Below are positions 1-13,186 of a DNA stretch of 64,000 bases, in pieces. The position numbers were made by a program, and so were the translations under genes. The notes beneath the pieces were generated by a model. That model ran no database searches. It saw only the letters and a list, made by a program, of their open reading frames with translations, and was not told the DNA's origin. The number at the start of each line of letters is the position of its first letter. The stretch's first letter is position 1. Origin of the DNA: Chiloscyllium plagiosum. Taxonomy: Eukaryota. The stretch spans positions 5,389,029 to 5,453,028 of the forward strand of contig NC_057719.1 of the NCBI RefSeq assembly GCF_004010195.1, in the 5' to 3' direction.

Positions 1-254
1 TGGGTTTTGCTGTGGGGTGACCTAGAGTCGCTCTGTTCTGGATATGTTCTGAGTGAGGCTCTGTAACTGTCTTCACTCATGTTGTGTTCCCCAAGCTCAG
101 TAAGCCTCATGAGGGTGCCCACCTCCACTCGCATACACTGCAACTCTTGCTCCACTTGCTGTAATTTCTAATGACAAAGCCAGTTGTACTGCTTGTCTGA
201 AGTTCAACTGGGCTTCAGCTAGTATGCACATTTGCATGGTTACATCATTAGAGT

Positions 255-1130
255 TATAGACTAATACAGCATTGGGCCCTTCAGCCCAAACTGGTCTATG
301 CTGACCATGGTGCCCACTCAGCTAGTTCCAAATTGCCCGCACTTAGTCCATTTTTCTCTAAACCTTTCCCATCCATGTATCTATCCAAATGTTGTTTAAA
401 TGTTCCTATTACACCTGCTTCAACCACTTTTGCCAGCAGTCCATTCCATATATGCACCATGCTTTGCATGAAGAAGTTGCCCCTCAGGTCCTTCTTAAAT
501 CTTTCCCCTCTCATCTTAAACCTATGCCCTCCAGCTTACAATTCCCCATCACTAGGAAAAAGACTATATGCTTTCATCCTATTGATTTTACACACCTCAG
601 TAAGGTCACCTCTCCTACGTTCCAAGGAATAAAGTCCTATCCTGGCCAACCTCTCCCTATAACTCAGGCCTACTAGTCCTTACAAAATGCTCATAAATAT
701 TCTTTGCACTCTTTCCAGTTTAACTATGCCTATCCTACAATAGGGTGACCAAAACTGTACACAATACACCAAGTGTGGCCTCACTAACGACTTATACAAC
801 TGTAATATAACATCCCAACTCCTATACTCAAGGCCAGCAGGCTAAATGCCTTCTTCACCACCCTGTCTACTTGTGATGCCATTTTCAAAGAACCTCTGTC
901 CCACAACACTCCTCAGAACCTTACCATTTACTATGTAAGTCTTACATTCATTTGACTTTCCCACATCTGTATTGAACTCCATTTGCCAATCCTCAGCCCA
1001 CTTCCCCATCTGAACAAGATCATTCCTCCTCTATCAATGATACCTCCTAATTTTGTATCACCCGCAAACCTATTAATCATGCCTCGTATATTTACATCCG
1101 GATCATTTATGTAAATAACTAATAACATTA
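255..1130 (-). mobile_element. CR1-clade LINE, 3' fragment (RT C-terminus and 3' end), decayed
   Basis: Minus-strand peptides INDPD...KFAGDTKLGG and RGERFKKDLRGNFF..WNGL..VVEAG are typical of the CR1 ORF2 C-terminus. Confidence 0.9.
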
Positions 1131-1134
1131 ATCC

Positions 1135-2060
1135 TATATATTAAACAGTCTCTGTGCACCTCATTAAAGGCGAAATCAAAGTCACATGCCTCTGCCAGTC
1201 GTTTTCACCTCGTCAAAAATCCAGACGCAGATCCCCTAGTTCTTGCATTGCTGAGTAAAACCGATAGCATCTCAGAATTAGAGGTGGTTTGGGTCATAAC
1301 ATTCCTTAACTAAATCTGTCAACTCTTGAAATGCTTTCGTATCTGGTGCCTCAGGCATTAGGTGCCTAATAACTGAAAAAGCTGCAGGTCCGCAAGCTGT
1401 CAGGAGAATTACTCGGTGCTTTTCATCTGTTTCAATGTCATCTGGCCAGAGAAAATAGCGCATTCTTTCCACATACTAGGCCCAGTTTTTGACAACAGGA
1501 TCGAACAAGCCTTACTTCCCAAATAATGGCATGACACCAGAAACACTTACACTAAATCAAAGATGCCTATTGCGAGCAAATCTCTTCAGGATTGTATTTT
1601 TTTCTCTCATTGCTACTGACATAACTCCACAGAGGCCGGTATCCCATCACCAAGTCACCCTTTATTTGCTTAGATTAGATTAGTTACAGTGTGGAAACAG
1701 GCCCTTTGGCCCAACAAGCCCACACCGACCCTCCGAAAAGCAACCGACGCAGACACATTCCCCTACATTTACCCCTTCACCTAACACTACGGGCAATTTT
1801 AGCCTGGCCAATTCACTTAACCTGCACATTTCTGGACTGTGGGAGGAAACCGGAGGAAACCCACGCAGACACAGGGAAAATGTGCAAACTCCACACAGAC
1901 AGTTGCCTGAGACAGGAATTGAACCCAGGTCTCAGGCACTGTGAGGCAGCAGTGCTAACTGCTGTGCCACTGTGCCGCCCATGTGAATAGTGCTTGATAT
2001 AGGTCTGGCTTCCACAGCGCCAGCTCTTAGAGTATTATAGAACCTCTGATGATGTGATAT
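1135..2060 (-). mobile_element. Gypsy-type LTR retrotransposon 5' remnant (gag N-terminus plus probable LTR), interrupted by a SINE
   Basis: ORF 1278-1472 (ERMRYF...RVILLTACGPAAFSVIRHL.PEAPDTKAFQELTDLVK) resembles Gypsy gag N-termini. A degenerate PBS-like sequence lies near 1605-1615. Confidence 0.65.
1669..1983 (-). mobile_element. HE1-like tRNA-derived V-SINE
   Basis: Minus strand reads GGGCGGCACAGTGGCACAGCAGTTAGCACTGCTGCCTCACAG (tRNA head), then V-domain GGTTTCCTCC...CCCACAGTCC and a CR1-like TCTAATCTAA tail. Confidence 0.9.
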
Positions 2061-2064
2061 ATAC

Positions 2065-3175
2065 GAATTTATTCTCAATTGCTCCGCCTCCACGGCATCT
2101 GCTCCCAGGAGGACCAGTTCCATCACAGAACACACCAGATAGCCTCCTTCTTCAAAGACTGTAATTTCTCCTCCCACGTGGTTGATAATGCCCTCTAGCA
2201 CATCTTATCCCCCTCCTGCACCTCCGCCCTCGCACCCACCCCTCCAACCGCAAGGACAGAACTCCCCCGGTCCTCACCTTCCACCCCATCAACCTCTGTA
2301 TACATTGCATCATCCTCTGTCATTTCCGCCACCTACAAACAGACCCCACCACCAGAGATATATTTCCCTCCCCACTCCTATCTGATTTCCGTAAAGACCA
2401 TTTCCTTGACGACTCTCTTGTCAGGTCCACGCCCCCCCATTAACCCACCCTCCCCTCCTGATACCTTTCCCTTCCACCGCAGAAATTGCAAAACCTGTGC
2501 CCAAACCTACCTCCTCACCTCTGTCCAAGGCCCCAAAGGAGCTTTCAACATCCATCAGAGTTTTACCGACACTTGCATACATCATTTAGGGTATCTGTTG
2601 CTCCCGATGCAGCCTCATCTACATTGGGGAGACAGGACGCCTACTTGCAGAATGCTTCAGAGAACATCTCCGGGACACCCGCACCGACCAACGCCACCAC
2701 CTCATGGCCGAACACTTCAACTCCCCCTCCCAGTCCACCAAGGACATGCAGGTCGTAGACCTCCTCTATCGCCAAACCCTAACTACTTGACAGCTGGAGG
2801 AAGAACGCATCATCTTCTGCCTTGGGACCCTCCAACCACACGGCATCAATGTGGATTTCACCAGTTTTCTCATTTTCCTTCCCCCCACCTTATCCCAGAT
2901 CCAATCCCCCAACTCGGCACTGCCCTAATCACCTACCCTACCTGTCCATCTTCCTTCCCACCTATATTGTTCACCCTCTCATCTGACCTATCACCATTAC
3001 CCCTATCTCCATCTACCTATCACACTCTCAGCTACCTTCCCCCTCCCATTTATCTCTCAGCCCCCCGGCCCACAAGCCTCATTCCTGATGAGAGCTCTTG
3101 CCCAAAACGTCAATTCTCCTTCTCATTGGATGCTGCCTGACCTGCTGTGCTTTTCCAGCACCAAACTCTCGACCC
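2065..3175 (+). mobile_element. Penelope-like element, 3' part (GIY-YIG endonuclease region and 3' repeat with degenerate hammerhead)
   Basis: Frameshifted CSRCSLIYIGETGRLL..FREHL...MAEHFNSP near 2598-2730. CTGATGA...AAAACGTC at 3085-3111. Confidence 0.85.
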
Positions 3176-4140
3176 TGCATCTGAGTCATACCTCCTTTTT
3201 TCTGGACAAAGCCTCAATATCTCTTGTTATCCAGGGTTCTTTATTCCTGTCAACCTTGCTTTTCACCCTCACAGGAACATATAGACCTTGAACTCTAGCT
3301 ATCTCACTTTTGTTAGAGGTCCCTTTGCTTACAAATAAACAACTCCAATAAACCCCTGCAAGGTCCTGTCTAATTCCATCAAAATTCACTCTGTCTTAAT
3401 TTAGAATATGAACCTGTGGAACAGTTTTGTCTCTCTCCATAACTATTTTAAAATTAATAGGATTATGGTCACTGGTCCCAAAGTGTTCCCCCTCTGTCAC
3501 CTCCATCACCTGTCCTGCCCTATTTCCCAAGAGTAGGTCATGTTTTGTCCCTTCCCAAGTAGGACCCTCTATATATCTTGAGGAAACTTTCCTGAACACA
3601 CTTCAGAAATTCCATCCCATCTAGGCCCTTAATGCTAAGGCAGTCCCAGTCTATGTTAGGAAAATTAAAATTCCCTCCTTCAACAACTCTATTGCTCCTA
3701 CAAGTCTCCCCAATCTCCCTGCATATTTGTTCTTCTAATTCCAGTTGACTATTTGGGCGCCTATAGTACAACCCCAATAACGTCACCATCCCCTTCTTAT
3801 CTTGTAGCTCCATCCACAAAGCCTCACTGGATGATTCTTCAGTTATTTCATCTCTGATTACTGCTGTGATACTCTCCTTAATCAAAAATACAACTCGCCC
3901 TCCCCTCCTTCCAACACCTCTGTCCCGCCTAAAGCACCTGTACCCTGGCATATTGAGCTGCTAGTCCTGTCCCTCTCTTAGTCATGTTTCTGTAAAGGTT
4001 ATGATATCCCAGTCCCATGTACCTATCCACGCCCTGAGTTCATTGGCTTTACCTGTATGCCCTCTTACATTGAAATATATGCAATTTAATCGAACAGCCA
4101 TTCCTTGCTCCCTGTCGTTTTCCAGCCTGAGCTGTCTCTT
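3176..4140 (-). mobile_element. CR1 LINE, APE endonuclease region fragment
   Basis: PGYRCFRRDR..RGGRV, GLYYRRPN, GNFNFPNIDW and HFGTSDHN motifs. Confidence 0.9.
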
Positions 4141-4594
4141 CACTTTACTGTTGTAATTTTAAACAGGTTACATGAGCTCCCTGAGAACACAACAACAGGC
4201 CAATGAGTCTTGCAGATTTAAGGAGTTACCTGTGGACATCAACAGCTAAAGGCTTCCAGAGACTAGGCCTTGACCAGTCAGGTCACTTGTTATCTTCTGA
4301 CAAAAGCACCAAGCACAGACATTATTGTTTCTGACACTGGAATCAATAAAGTACTTGTTTTAATTTGTATCTGACAAAATAGAAAAGATTGTCTGGGAAA
4401 AAAAATTAATTGACCACAAACAAAATCTATCAATCCAACTATACAAAGGAGGTTGTACACAAACAAAATTTGAAGAATGTTGTTGTAATATTCAAATTTG
4501 ATATAATTCTAAAAGGAAGAAATATTAAGCAAGTTACTGATGAGAAACTTTTTTTCTTAAAGCACAAACAAACAAAATTTGGTAATGCTTGGTA

Positions 4595-5900
4595 CCATAA
4601 AATATACGAACAGAATTATGCCATTCGGCCCATCAAGTCTGCTCTGCCATTCAATCATGGCTGATATGTTCTCAATCATAGTCCCTGCTTTCTCCCCATA
4701 ACCCTACAGCCTCTTACCCATCAAGAGCCTATTTGTCTTAAATACACTCAATGAGTTGGCCTCCACAGCCGTTTGTGGCAATGATCTCCACAGACTCACC
4801 ACTATCTGGCTGAAGAAATTCTTCATTTCAGTTCTAAAGAGTTATCTATGAATTCTGAGACTGTGCCCTTGGGTCCTAGACTTTCCTATTAGTAGAAACA
4901 ATTTTTTCACATCCATTCTATCCAGACCTGTAAGCTTCAATCAGATACCTCCTCCTCCTTTTAAATTCCATTGAGTACAGACCCAGAGTCCTCAAACCCT
5001 CCTCATATGACAAGCCCTTCAATTCCTTGGTTCACTGCTCTGAAACAGATCCCCTTCAATACCAGCACATCCATCCTTAGATATGGGGGCCAAAGCTGCT
5101 CAAAATATTCTAAATGCAGTCTCAGTATAGCATTATACAGCCTCAGTAGTACATCCCTGCTCTTGTATTCTAGCCCACTTGAAACAAATGCTAACATTGC
5201 ATTTGCCTTCTTGTCAACTGAACCTGTGTGTTCACCTTAAGAGAATCCTGAACTAGAACTCACAGGTTCCTTTGTGGCTCAGATTTCTGCCAATTGCCCA
5301 AGTCCCTCTGTTGCCTCTCCACTTCCTCAACACTAAATGCTCCTCCAGCTATCTTTGTGCCACCTGCAAACTTAGCAACAATGTTCTCAGTTCCTTTGTC
5401 CAGATCGTGAATGTATAACATGAATAGGTGTGGTCCGAACACTGACCTCCGTGGAACTCCAGTAGTCATTTGTTGTCATCCTGAAAAAGACTCCTGTATC
5501 CCTAATGTATTATTTTTGCCAGTTAGCCAATCTTCTATCCATGCCAGAACTTGCCCCTAACACCAGGGACTCTTATCTTAATTCGCAGTCTTCTGTGTGG
5601 CACATTGTCAATGACCTTCTGGAAATCCAAACAGATCCCTCCATTGCTCTCCTTTGTTTAACTTGCTCAAAGAACTCTAACAGATTTGTCATGTATGACC
5701 TCCACTTGATGAAATCGTTCTGACTCTGCCCCTATTTTATCATTGACTCCCAAGTACTCCTGCAATCTTATCCTTAAAGTTTTCCCAATGGCTCTGTCAG
5801 GCTAACTGGCCTAGAGTTTCCTGTCTTCTGCTTCCCTTCCTTATTAAACAGGGGTGTTACATCACCCATTTTCCAGTCCTCTGGGAGCCTTCCTGACCAA
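4595..5900 (-). mobile_element. CR1 LINE, RT and 3' fragment
   Basis: GVP..SVFGP.LF..YIHDLD, KFAGGTK and GLEYKSRDVLLRLY..LHLEY motifs. Confidence 0.9.
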
Positions 5901-5907
5901 GTGATTT

Positions 5908-6565
5908 TTTTTATTCATTCAAAGGATGTGGACATCTTTGGTTGGCCACCAAGCATTGCTCATCTCTAATGAGCACGGTAACTCAGTGGTTAGCACTGCT
6001 ACCTCACAGTGCCAGGGACCTGGGTTCAATTCCTTGGGCCACTATCTGTGCGGAGTTAACACGTTCTCCCTGTTTCTGTGTAGATTCCGGGTGCTCTGGT
6101 TTCCTCCCACAGTCCAAAGATGTGCAGGTCAGGTGAATTGGCCATGCTAAATTGCCCATGGTGTTAGGTCCATTAGTCGGGGGTAAATGTAGGGGAATGG
6201 GTCTGGGTGGGTACTCTTCAGAGGGTTTGTGTGGACTTGTTGGGCGAAGGGCCTGTCCCCACACTGTAGGGAATCTAATTTAATCTAATTGTCCAGAGGG
6301 CAGTCCTGAGTCAACCACATTGCTGTGGGTCTGGAATCACATGTAGGCCAGATCAGGTGAGGATGGTTGATTTCCTTCTCTGAAGGACATTAGTGAGGAC
6401 AAGTTTTACTGACAATCAACAATGGTTTCATGGATATTGGTAGATTCTTAATTCCAGATTTTTTTAATTGAATTCAAATTCCACTTTCTGCCATGATGGG
6501 ATTCAAGTCCGGGTCCCTAGAACATTAGTTGAGATTCTGGATGAATTGTCTAGTGACAATAACCT
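5908..6565 (-). mobile_element. Second tRNA-derived SINE family, interrupted by an HE1-like SINE
   Basis: Reverse complement of the SINE at 10665-11020 (shared GGGTCTGGAATCACATGTAGGCCAG core). Confidence 0.75.
5972..6290 (+). mobile_element. HE1-like V-SINE
   Basis: tRNA-like head CAGTGGTTAGCACTGCTACCTCACAG, V-domain, AATCTAAT tail. Confidence 0.9.
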
Positions 6566-6649
6566 TTGCCTCCCGAGTCCTGCAAGATCACCACCAATGC
6601 CTCCACAATCTCTTCAGTTATCTACTTCAGATATTGGGAGTGTAGTCTA

Positions 6650-6945
6650 AGTCATACAGCACATAAATAGACACTTTGGTCCAACTCATCTGCGCCAATC
6701 AGATATCCTAATCTGACTTAGTCCCATTTGCCAGCTTTTGGCCTATATCTCTCTAAACCCTTCCTATTCATATACCCATCAAGATGTCTTTTACATGTTG
6801 TAGTTGTACCCACCTCCACTACTTCCTCTGGCAGTTTGTTCCACTAATCAATACCCTCTCATGAAAAAGTTACCCCTCTGGTCTTTTTCAAATCTTTCCC
6901 CTTTCACCTTAAACCTATGCCTCTAGCTTTGGACTCACCAACCTT
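6650..6945 (-). mobile_element. CR1 LINE 3' end fragment
   Basis: Matches the CR1 3' ends at 15633, 24364 and 34533. Confidence 0.8.
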
Positions 6946-7094
6946 AGGAGGGGGGGGGGGGTGAGAAGTAAACGATAGATGGGGTTAGAACTCAAAAAGA
7001 CAAAGAACAGTTGGACAGACAAAGGAGTGGATAATGATCCAGCTAGGAGGATGAATAGCCATTATTGGACTATTAATGGCTAACATTGGCTTAA

Positions 7095-8180
7095 GACATA
7101 CTGCTGCCAATGAGCTCAATGTGTTTTCACACTCACTTTGAACAGAATGTCAGTGAAACAATGCCACCTGTCCCAACAGCCTCGGATGCACCCATACTTT
7201 GATTACTGCCATAGATTTTAGATCGGCCTTCTTAAGAGTGAATCCATGGAAAGCCTCAGGCCCGGATGGAATCCTCAGTCATGCACTCAGATCCTGTGCA
7301 GGAGTATTTGCAGACATCTTCAACCTCTCCTTACTATGTTCTGAAGTTCTCAAATGTTTCAAGAAGATGGCCATCATCCCAGTGCCAAAGAAGAATCAGT
7401 AGCGTGCCTCAATGACTACTGCTTAGTGGCTCTGACATCCATTATAATGAAGTGCTTTGAGAGGTTGGTCATGGCACATATCAACTCCAGTCTCCCAAAC
7501 TGCACTGAACCCTTGCAATTTGCCTAGCGGTGCAACAGGCCCATGGCAGACGCCATCTCCCTGGCTCTACGCTCATCCCTTGAACATCTGGACAACAAGG
7601 ATACCTATTACAGGCTCCTATTTATTGACTACATCTCCATCTTCATCACCATCATTTCAATAAAACCCATCTCCAAACTCGAGGACTTAGGTTTCTACTC
7701 CCCCCTTGACTGCCTGACCAACAGACGGCAGACAATAAGGATAGGTGACAACACCTCTACGATAACCCTCAACATCGGTGCCCTGCAAGGCTGCACTCAG
7801 ACCCCTACTATACTTCTTCTTTACGTATGACTATGTCGCCAAATTCTGCACTAACTCCATTTCCTAGTTTTCTGACTACACCACTATTGTAGGTTGGATC
7901 TCAAACAATGATGAGGCGGAGTACAGGAAAGAGATATTTTGCTTCGCGGCATGGCATAGAGACAATAATCTCTTCATCAATGCAATCAAAATGGAGGAGC
8001 TGGTCATTTACTTCGGAAAGTGAAGTGAAGTGTAGGGCATGCCTCTGCATCAATGGAGCTGAGGAGGAGATGGTGGAGAGCGTCAGGTTCCTGGGAATGA
8101 CGATCACCAACAATCTTTCCTGGCCCACCCATATTGGCACTATGGTCAAGAAAGCACAATACCTCTACTTCCTCAGAATG
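7095..8180 (+). mobile_element. Rex1/Babar-clade LINE, RT fragment
   Basis: [60 protein letters not shown] and RLLFIDY motifs. Confidence 0.85.
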
Positions 8181-8578
8181 TTGGCTGAGAGATTTTGTGG
8201 CATAGTGGCAGTGTCCCTATCTCTGAAGCAGGATGCCTGGATTCAAGACCTGCTCCAGAGGTGTGTTGATTAGAAAATATCAATCATGTTTGCTGTTTAA
8301 CAGGTTCCCGTACCAAAATCAGCGGCCACATTTGCCTATCTCAAAATAGTAACTGCACTTCACAAAAACAATGTACACCATTGTCTGCAAATGTTTTAGG
8401 ATGCCCCATGGACGAATTTTGTTGAGAACCATTCTTTCTTTAAGCTGTTGGGGGAGCTCTAGCCGACCTTTTGCCTGCACAAAGCTCAGATCCTCCTCCC
8501 AGAAACATGGGTGCTCACGTTAAAAATAATTTTTTGTATAACTTTGTAAATTCTGATGCAAATCCATTTTTTTTCCAG

Positions 8579-9030
8579 CTAAGGCTGAAGTGACCGTGTG
8601 ACTTAACAGCTGCAACTGGGTGTAATGGGCTGCACCCTCTGCCTTTAATGGGCTGTCTGTCTCCTCTCAATCCATCGGTAGAGATGTTCCCCTACCCTAC
8701 TCTCACCTCTCAATTCAAAAGTATTTAAGGATGATCTGGGTGGCTTGATTTGAGTGCAATGTCAGCAGGCGAAGATCAGAGATCATTGGCAGAGGCAGAC
8801 TACTTTAAAATCCCTGTTCTTTCTCTTTGTATAAAATTTTCACTCGGGATTAAGAGGTGTGGGGTTGCTGACACAAGTGTGGATACGGGAATATAGAGGG
8901 GAGAAGTACCTTGGGACATCCCGGAGGTGGCCGAACCTCTCAGTAGTCCATTTCGGATCAACTCTCTGGCCGAGGCCGGCAGCACAGACTTCAGGAAGCC
9001 AGCATTCAGCATTGTTGAGCCCTGTTGAAC
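8579..9030 (+). pseudogene. Candidate first coding exon of a decayed plus-strand gene (signal-peptide-like start)
   Basis: Acceptor TTTTTTTCCAG| ends at 8578. ATG at 8625 is in gtaATGg context. One frame reads MGCTLCL*WAVCLLSIHR*RCSP...SALLSPVE with four isolated stops. Donor C|GTAAAA at 9031, phase 1. Confidence 0.5.
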
Positions 9031-9519
9031 GTAAAAGCAACAAAAAGTATGCAGTGTGCTTCTAAAGGAATAAATGACGGCATTTTAAACAAAAAATAAT
9101 CAGTAAGAATCACGATTGCATTGCTTTCAACTCCAAAAATATTAAAATAGATTGACACCTTGTTTGCAACCTCTGAGTTTACACCTAATTAACACTCCCA
9201 TTGGTTTATGGGAAACAGAGGACCTTTGATTGGCTGAATGTTATGTTTCAGTTCAAATTCGCAAAATATACATCTCAGTTTTTAAAAATGCACTTTAATA
9301 GTCAGTGCTGGACACCCCCCACAACGCTGTTTGGGAGGGAGTTCCTTCTTAAGACAGTTCTTCTTCCAGTCTTACAACAAGACCATGATGTTTCTTTTTC
9401 CAATACCTCTCATTCCTCTTCTTCATTCTTTTTTTATCTAATTATCAATATTACATCTTTACACTGCACCCAGCTTCTTTTGATTCTCTTAATATTCACA
9501 AACACTGCCCATATAAATG

Positions 9520-11270
9520 ATATAAACATACCCAGAACAACTACAAAACTGGCAATATGGAAAACAACCCAGGTATGTTCTGCCCACAAAAAAAAAATGC
9601 AGCCTAGGCAATTACTGCCCTATTAGTCTCCTCTCAATCATAAACAAAGTGATGGAAGTTCTCATTGACATTGCTTTCAAATAGCCACTGCTCAGTAATA
9701 ACTTGTCCATGATGTCCCAGGCACTCAACTCCTAATCTTATTACAGCCTTAGTCTAAAAATGGAGTAAAGAGCTGAACCCCAAAGATGAGGTCAGAGTGA
9801 CCGCCCTTGACATCAAGGAATCTTTCAAATAAATATGGCATCAAAATAGTCTGGAGCAATGGAAATCAGAGAATAAAATCTCCACTGCTTGCAGACATAC
9901 ATAGCATAAAGCAAAGATGGTTGTGTTTGTTTGAGATTAATTATCTCAGCTCCATAACTAAATGACTTCCTTGGGATAGTGTTCTAGATCCAACTATCTT
10001 CAGCTATTTCATCAATGACCTTCTCTCCATCGTAAGTCAGAAGTGGGGACGTTTGCTGATGACTCCACACTATCTACAACTTCTCAGATACGGAAGCAGT
10101 TGGTGCCCAAATACAGCATGGTCTGGGTAACATCCAGGCTTGGGCTGACAAGTGGCAAATAATATTCATGCCACGGAAGTGGCAGGCAATGTTATCCTTA
10201 AGACAAGAGAATCTAACTGACTCATTCTTTTATGCTGAATGCATTACTATCACTGAATTCTTCACTATCAAAACCGAGGGGTTGCTATTGACCAGAAAAT
10301 GAACCAGACCAGTCATATATATTTTGTGGCTTCAACAGCAGAGGCTGAGAATGCTGTGATGAGTAATTCACCTCCTAACTCCCTAATGACTGTCTACAAT
10401 GCATAAGTTAGGGATGTGATAGAATTCTCCAGTTGTCTGAATGGGTGAAGTTCCAAGAACATGCAAGAAGTTTGACACCATCCAGGTCAAAGCAGCTGCT
10501 TGATTAGCACTCTATCCACCACCTTCCATACCCACTCCCTTTACCAATGATGCACATAACAGCTATAAGGATTGCAGCAACACTCAAGTTACATCACATT
10601 TTAACATCACAGCTAATTTTACTACCTAGAAGGACAAACATAACAAATGCATAGGAACACTTATTGGGTAGGCAATAGCCTTGTGGTATTATCTCTGGAT
10701 TTACTAATCCAGAAACTCAGCCAATGTTCTGGGGACACAGGTTCAAACTCCCACCATGGCAGATGGTGTAATTTCAATTAAAAAAAAAACCTGGAATTAA
10801 CAGTCGACTTATGACCATGAAACCATTGCCAGAAAAACTCATCTGTTTCCCTAATGTCCTTCAGGGAAGGAAATCTGTCATCCTTATCTGGTCTGGCCTA
10901 CATGTGACTCCAGACCCACAGCAATTTGATTGATTCTTAACTGCCCCCTGAGCAATTAGGGATGGGCACTGAATGCTGGCCCAGCCAATGAAGCCCACAT
11001 CCCATAAATGAATTTTTTAAAAACCACCTCTATATTCCCCTCCAAGCCACACACTCTCTTGCCTTGGAACTATATCACCATTACTTCACTGTCATTGGGT
11101 CAAAATTTTGGCATTTTCTCGATAACAGCATTGCAGTTTACTTCCATGTGAAAGACTGTAGTAATTCAAGAGGACAGCTCACTATCACCATCTCAAGAAG
11201 AATTGGAAATGGGCAATAAATGTTAGTTTAACAAGCAAAACCCATACACCATGAATGAATAAAAAAAAAA
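9520..11270 (+). mobile_element. Old CR1/L2-type LINE (RT plus 3' end)
   Basis: Decayed WK..QV..HKK..NY.PISLLSI and FADD motifs. Ends GGGCAATAAATG...ATGAATGAATAAAA, a tail shared with the SINE nested inside it. Confidence 0.75.
10665..11020 (+). mobile_element. tRNA-derived SINE (second family) nested in a LINE with the same 3' tail
   Basis: A/B-box-like head (GGTTCAAACTCC). Tail GCAATTAGGGATGGGCA..TGCTGGCC..ATCCCATAAATGAAT matches the LINE ends at about 11205-11260 and 63200-63260. Confidence 0.8.
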
Positions 11271-11763
11271 TCTTGCATCCATCTGCACCAGGTTTGCCAA
11301 CTCTGGTTGGAAACATGTTTCATACAATAACATAACATTCTATCCACATGACAGCTGACTATGTGATGCATAATCACATGACATTTGATTGTGAAGCATT
11401 TATTAATATGACTTCTGTAAGTTCATTTCATAAATCCTCATTTCAGACACAACCACCTACAAAACTCCATTCTAGACATTCCTAAATGTTAATTGTGTAG
11501 GTTCTTTGTGTCTTGATACTTACTTCAGAGTCTTATCTTTCTATTCATTAAACCATATAATTATATCTCCCCCAAGTATTTTGCAGTTTCCAACTAAAAG
11601 TACCTTCTTACCCTTTCTTGCTGAAACAATTAACTAAAGGCATTGTCCTCAAGATTTTTTTAATATTTTCAACCCCATCATCTCTCCCCAAAGTCTATTT
11701 TATACAGATTCAAATGGTGTGGAGATCTCATGATTTTTCCTGCGCTGGTCACCTGAAATGAAA

Positions 11764-12077
11764 ATCATAGAATCCTTGCAGTGTGAAACAGGCCATCTGG
11801 CTCAATAAGTCCACTCCAACACACCAAAGAGTACCCCACCCTGACTCATTTCCCTACCCTATTATTCTACATTTACTTCTAACTAATGCACATAACCTAC
11901 ACATCCCTGAACACTATGGGCAATTTAGCATGGCCAATTCACCAAACCTGCACATCTTTGGATTGTGGGAGGAAACCAGAAGAAACCCATGAGTCACAGG
12001 GAGAATGTGCAAACTCTACATAGACAGTCGCTCAAGGCTGGAATCAAACTCGGGTTCCTGGCGCTGTGAGGCAGCAG
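11764..12077 (-). mobile_element. HE1-like V-SINE inserted in the pseudo-exon
   Basis: V-domain and tRNA head on the minus strand. Confidence 0.85.
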
Positions 12078-12489
12078 TATGCTGCTCTAAAATGGTGTAG
12101 GAAGGTATTGGCTGAAGCTCATACACCAAAAGGCCAGGTAGCCTGTAAGCTGCTGCATTGGGATGGAGACAGTTCATCAAAGGGCACCATGTCCACTTGA
12201 CTGAATATGAATTGTTTATATATCTTCCTCGATACTTTCTGAAGAGAAGATTTGTCAATGAAATATTACTGAATGGTGGAGTTGTACCATATAGATGAAA
12301 TTGCAATAGAACTGTAACATCTTGAGATTTCCATACTGCATTTTCAATTCTAGAGTAAAGAGAGGAGTGAAATAATGAGAAGACAGCAGAGTGTAGATTC
12401 ACTTCTTCAGAGGGGACCCAGCAAGGAATGCAAGGAATCAACATAGATCTTTTCAGACAGTTTGCAGCCAGGACTGCTTGAATTGCAAC

Positions 12490-12648
12490 AAAAACAGACA
12501 TAGCTGGAGAAACTCAGCAGGTCAGGCAGTATCTGTGGAGACAAAGCAGAGTCAATGTTTCAGGTCCAGTGACCCTTCTTTAGAATGTGTCGAGCTTTTT
12601 CTGTTTTTGTTTTGGATTTCCAATGTCTGCAGTTCTTTGTTTTTTGGT
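12490..12648. mobile_element. Short Penelope-like end fragment with ~15-bp TSD
   Basis: TSD CTGCT(T)GAAYTGCAAC at 12474-12489 and 12649-12663. Degenerate hammerhead on the minus strand (CTAAAGA-AGGGTC..GACCT-GAAAC). Confidence 0.6.
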
Positions 12649-13186
12649 CTGCTGAACTGCAACTGCTGTTGCCACAGATCATTCCAGGCAAAAGAATGAG
12701 ATAAGAGGAACTTCAGCATTTCCTGTCACATCTGATAGTATCTCTGGATCGCTAGATGAAGATAAATTCATAAGGTGGCCCTGTATGCTGACTCATGAAA
12801 TATCGAAATGACCACCTTTGAAGCTGAAAGTACTTCAAATTACATCACTTTTTCAATATGTTATGCTTCCTTAGTTACATTGTAGTTCAAAGAAAGTGGT
12901 TTGACCACAAAATTTGGTGAAGGATTCTGTTCTGTCTGAGCTGGAAGCGTATCAGAAGAATGTTGCATCAAAAATTAGTTGGGTACAAATAGGATCCACA
13001 TCTAGATCTGATAATAACATGATATCGGAGTATATCGCCTGGTTAGAGTCTCAGAAGAAGAAAAAGGCTCATTCCCTTCTAACACAATTGGAAAGAGATC
13101 AGATAGCTGATCAAACACTTGGAAACACTGACAAAGCTATTTGTAAAACATCATCCAATCTTCTTGCCATTAAACAACAGACGTCA

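Noticed and set aside
1940..1983. tRNA genes at SINE heads
   Set aside because: These are the tRNA-derived heads of HE1-like SINEs and continue directly into V-domain sequence.
4230..4370. Minus-strand exon-like segment with good acceptor and donor
   Set aside because: Stops in all three frames; at most non-coding.
8910..9012. Minus-strand first exon with a mitochondrial-presequence look (MLNAGFLKSVLPASARELIRNGLLRG..., donor AAG|GTACTT) and two CCAAT boxes near 9200 and 9229
   Set aside because: No compatible downstream exon was found, and the overlapping plus-strand frame fits a multi-exon model better. Not fully excluded.
12140..12200. DGDSS motif suggesting a Kolobok/Mutator-like transposase, or an endogenous viral element
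   Set aside because: No other catalytic motifs or TIRs; the segment is bounded by splice sites and fits the host pseudogene.
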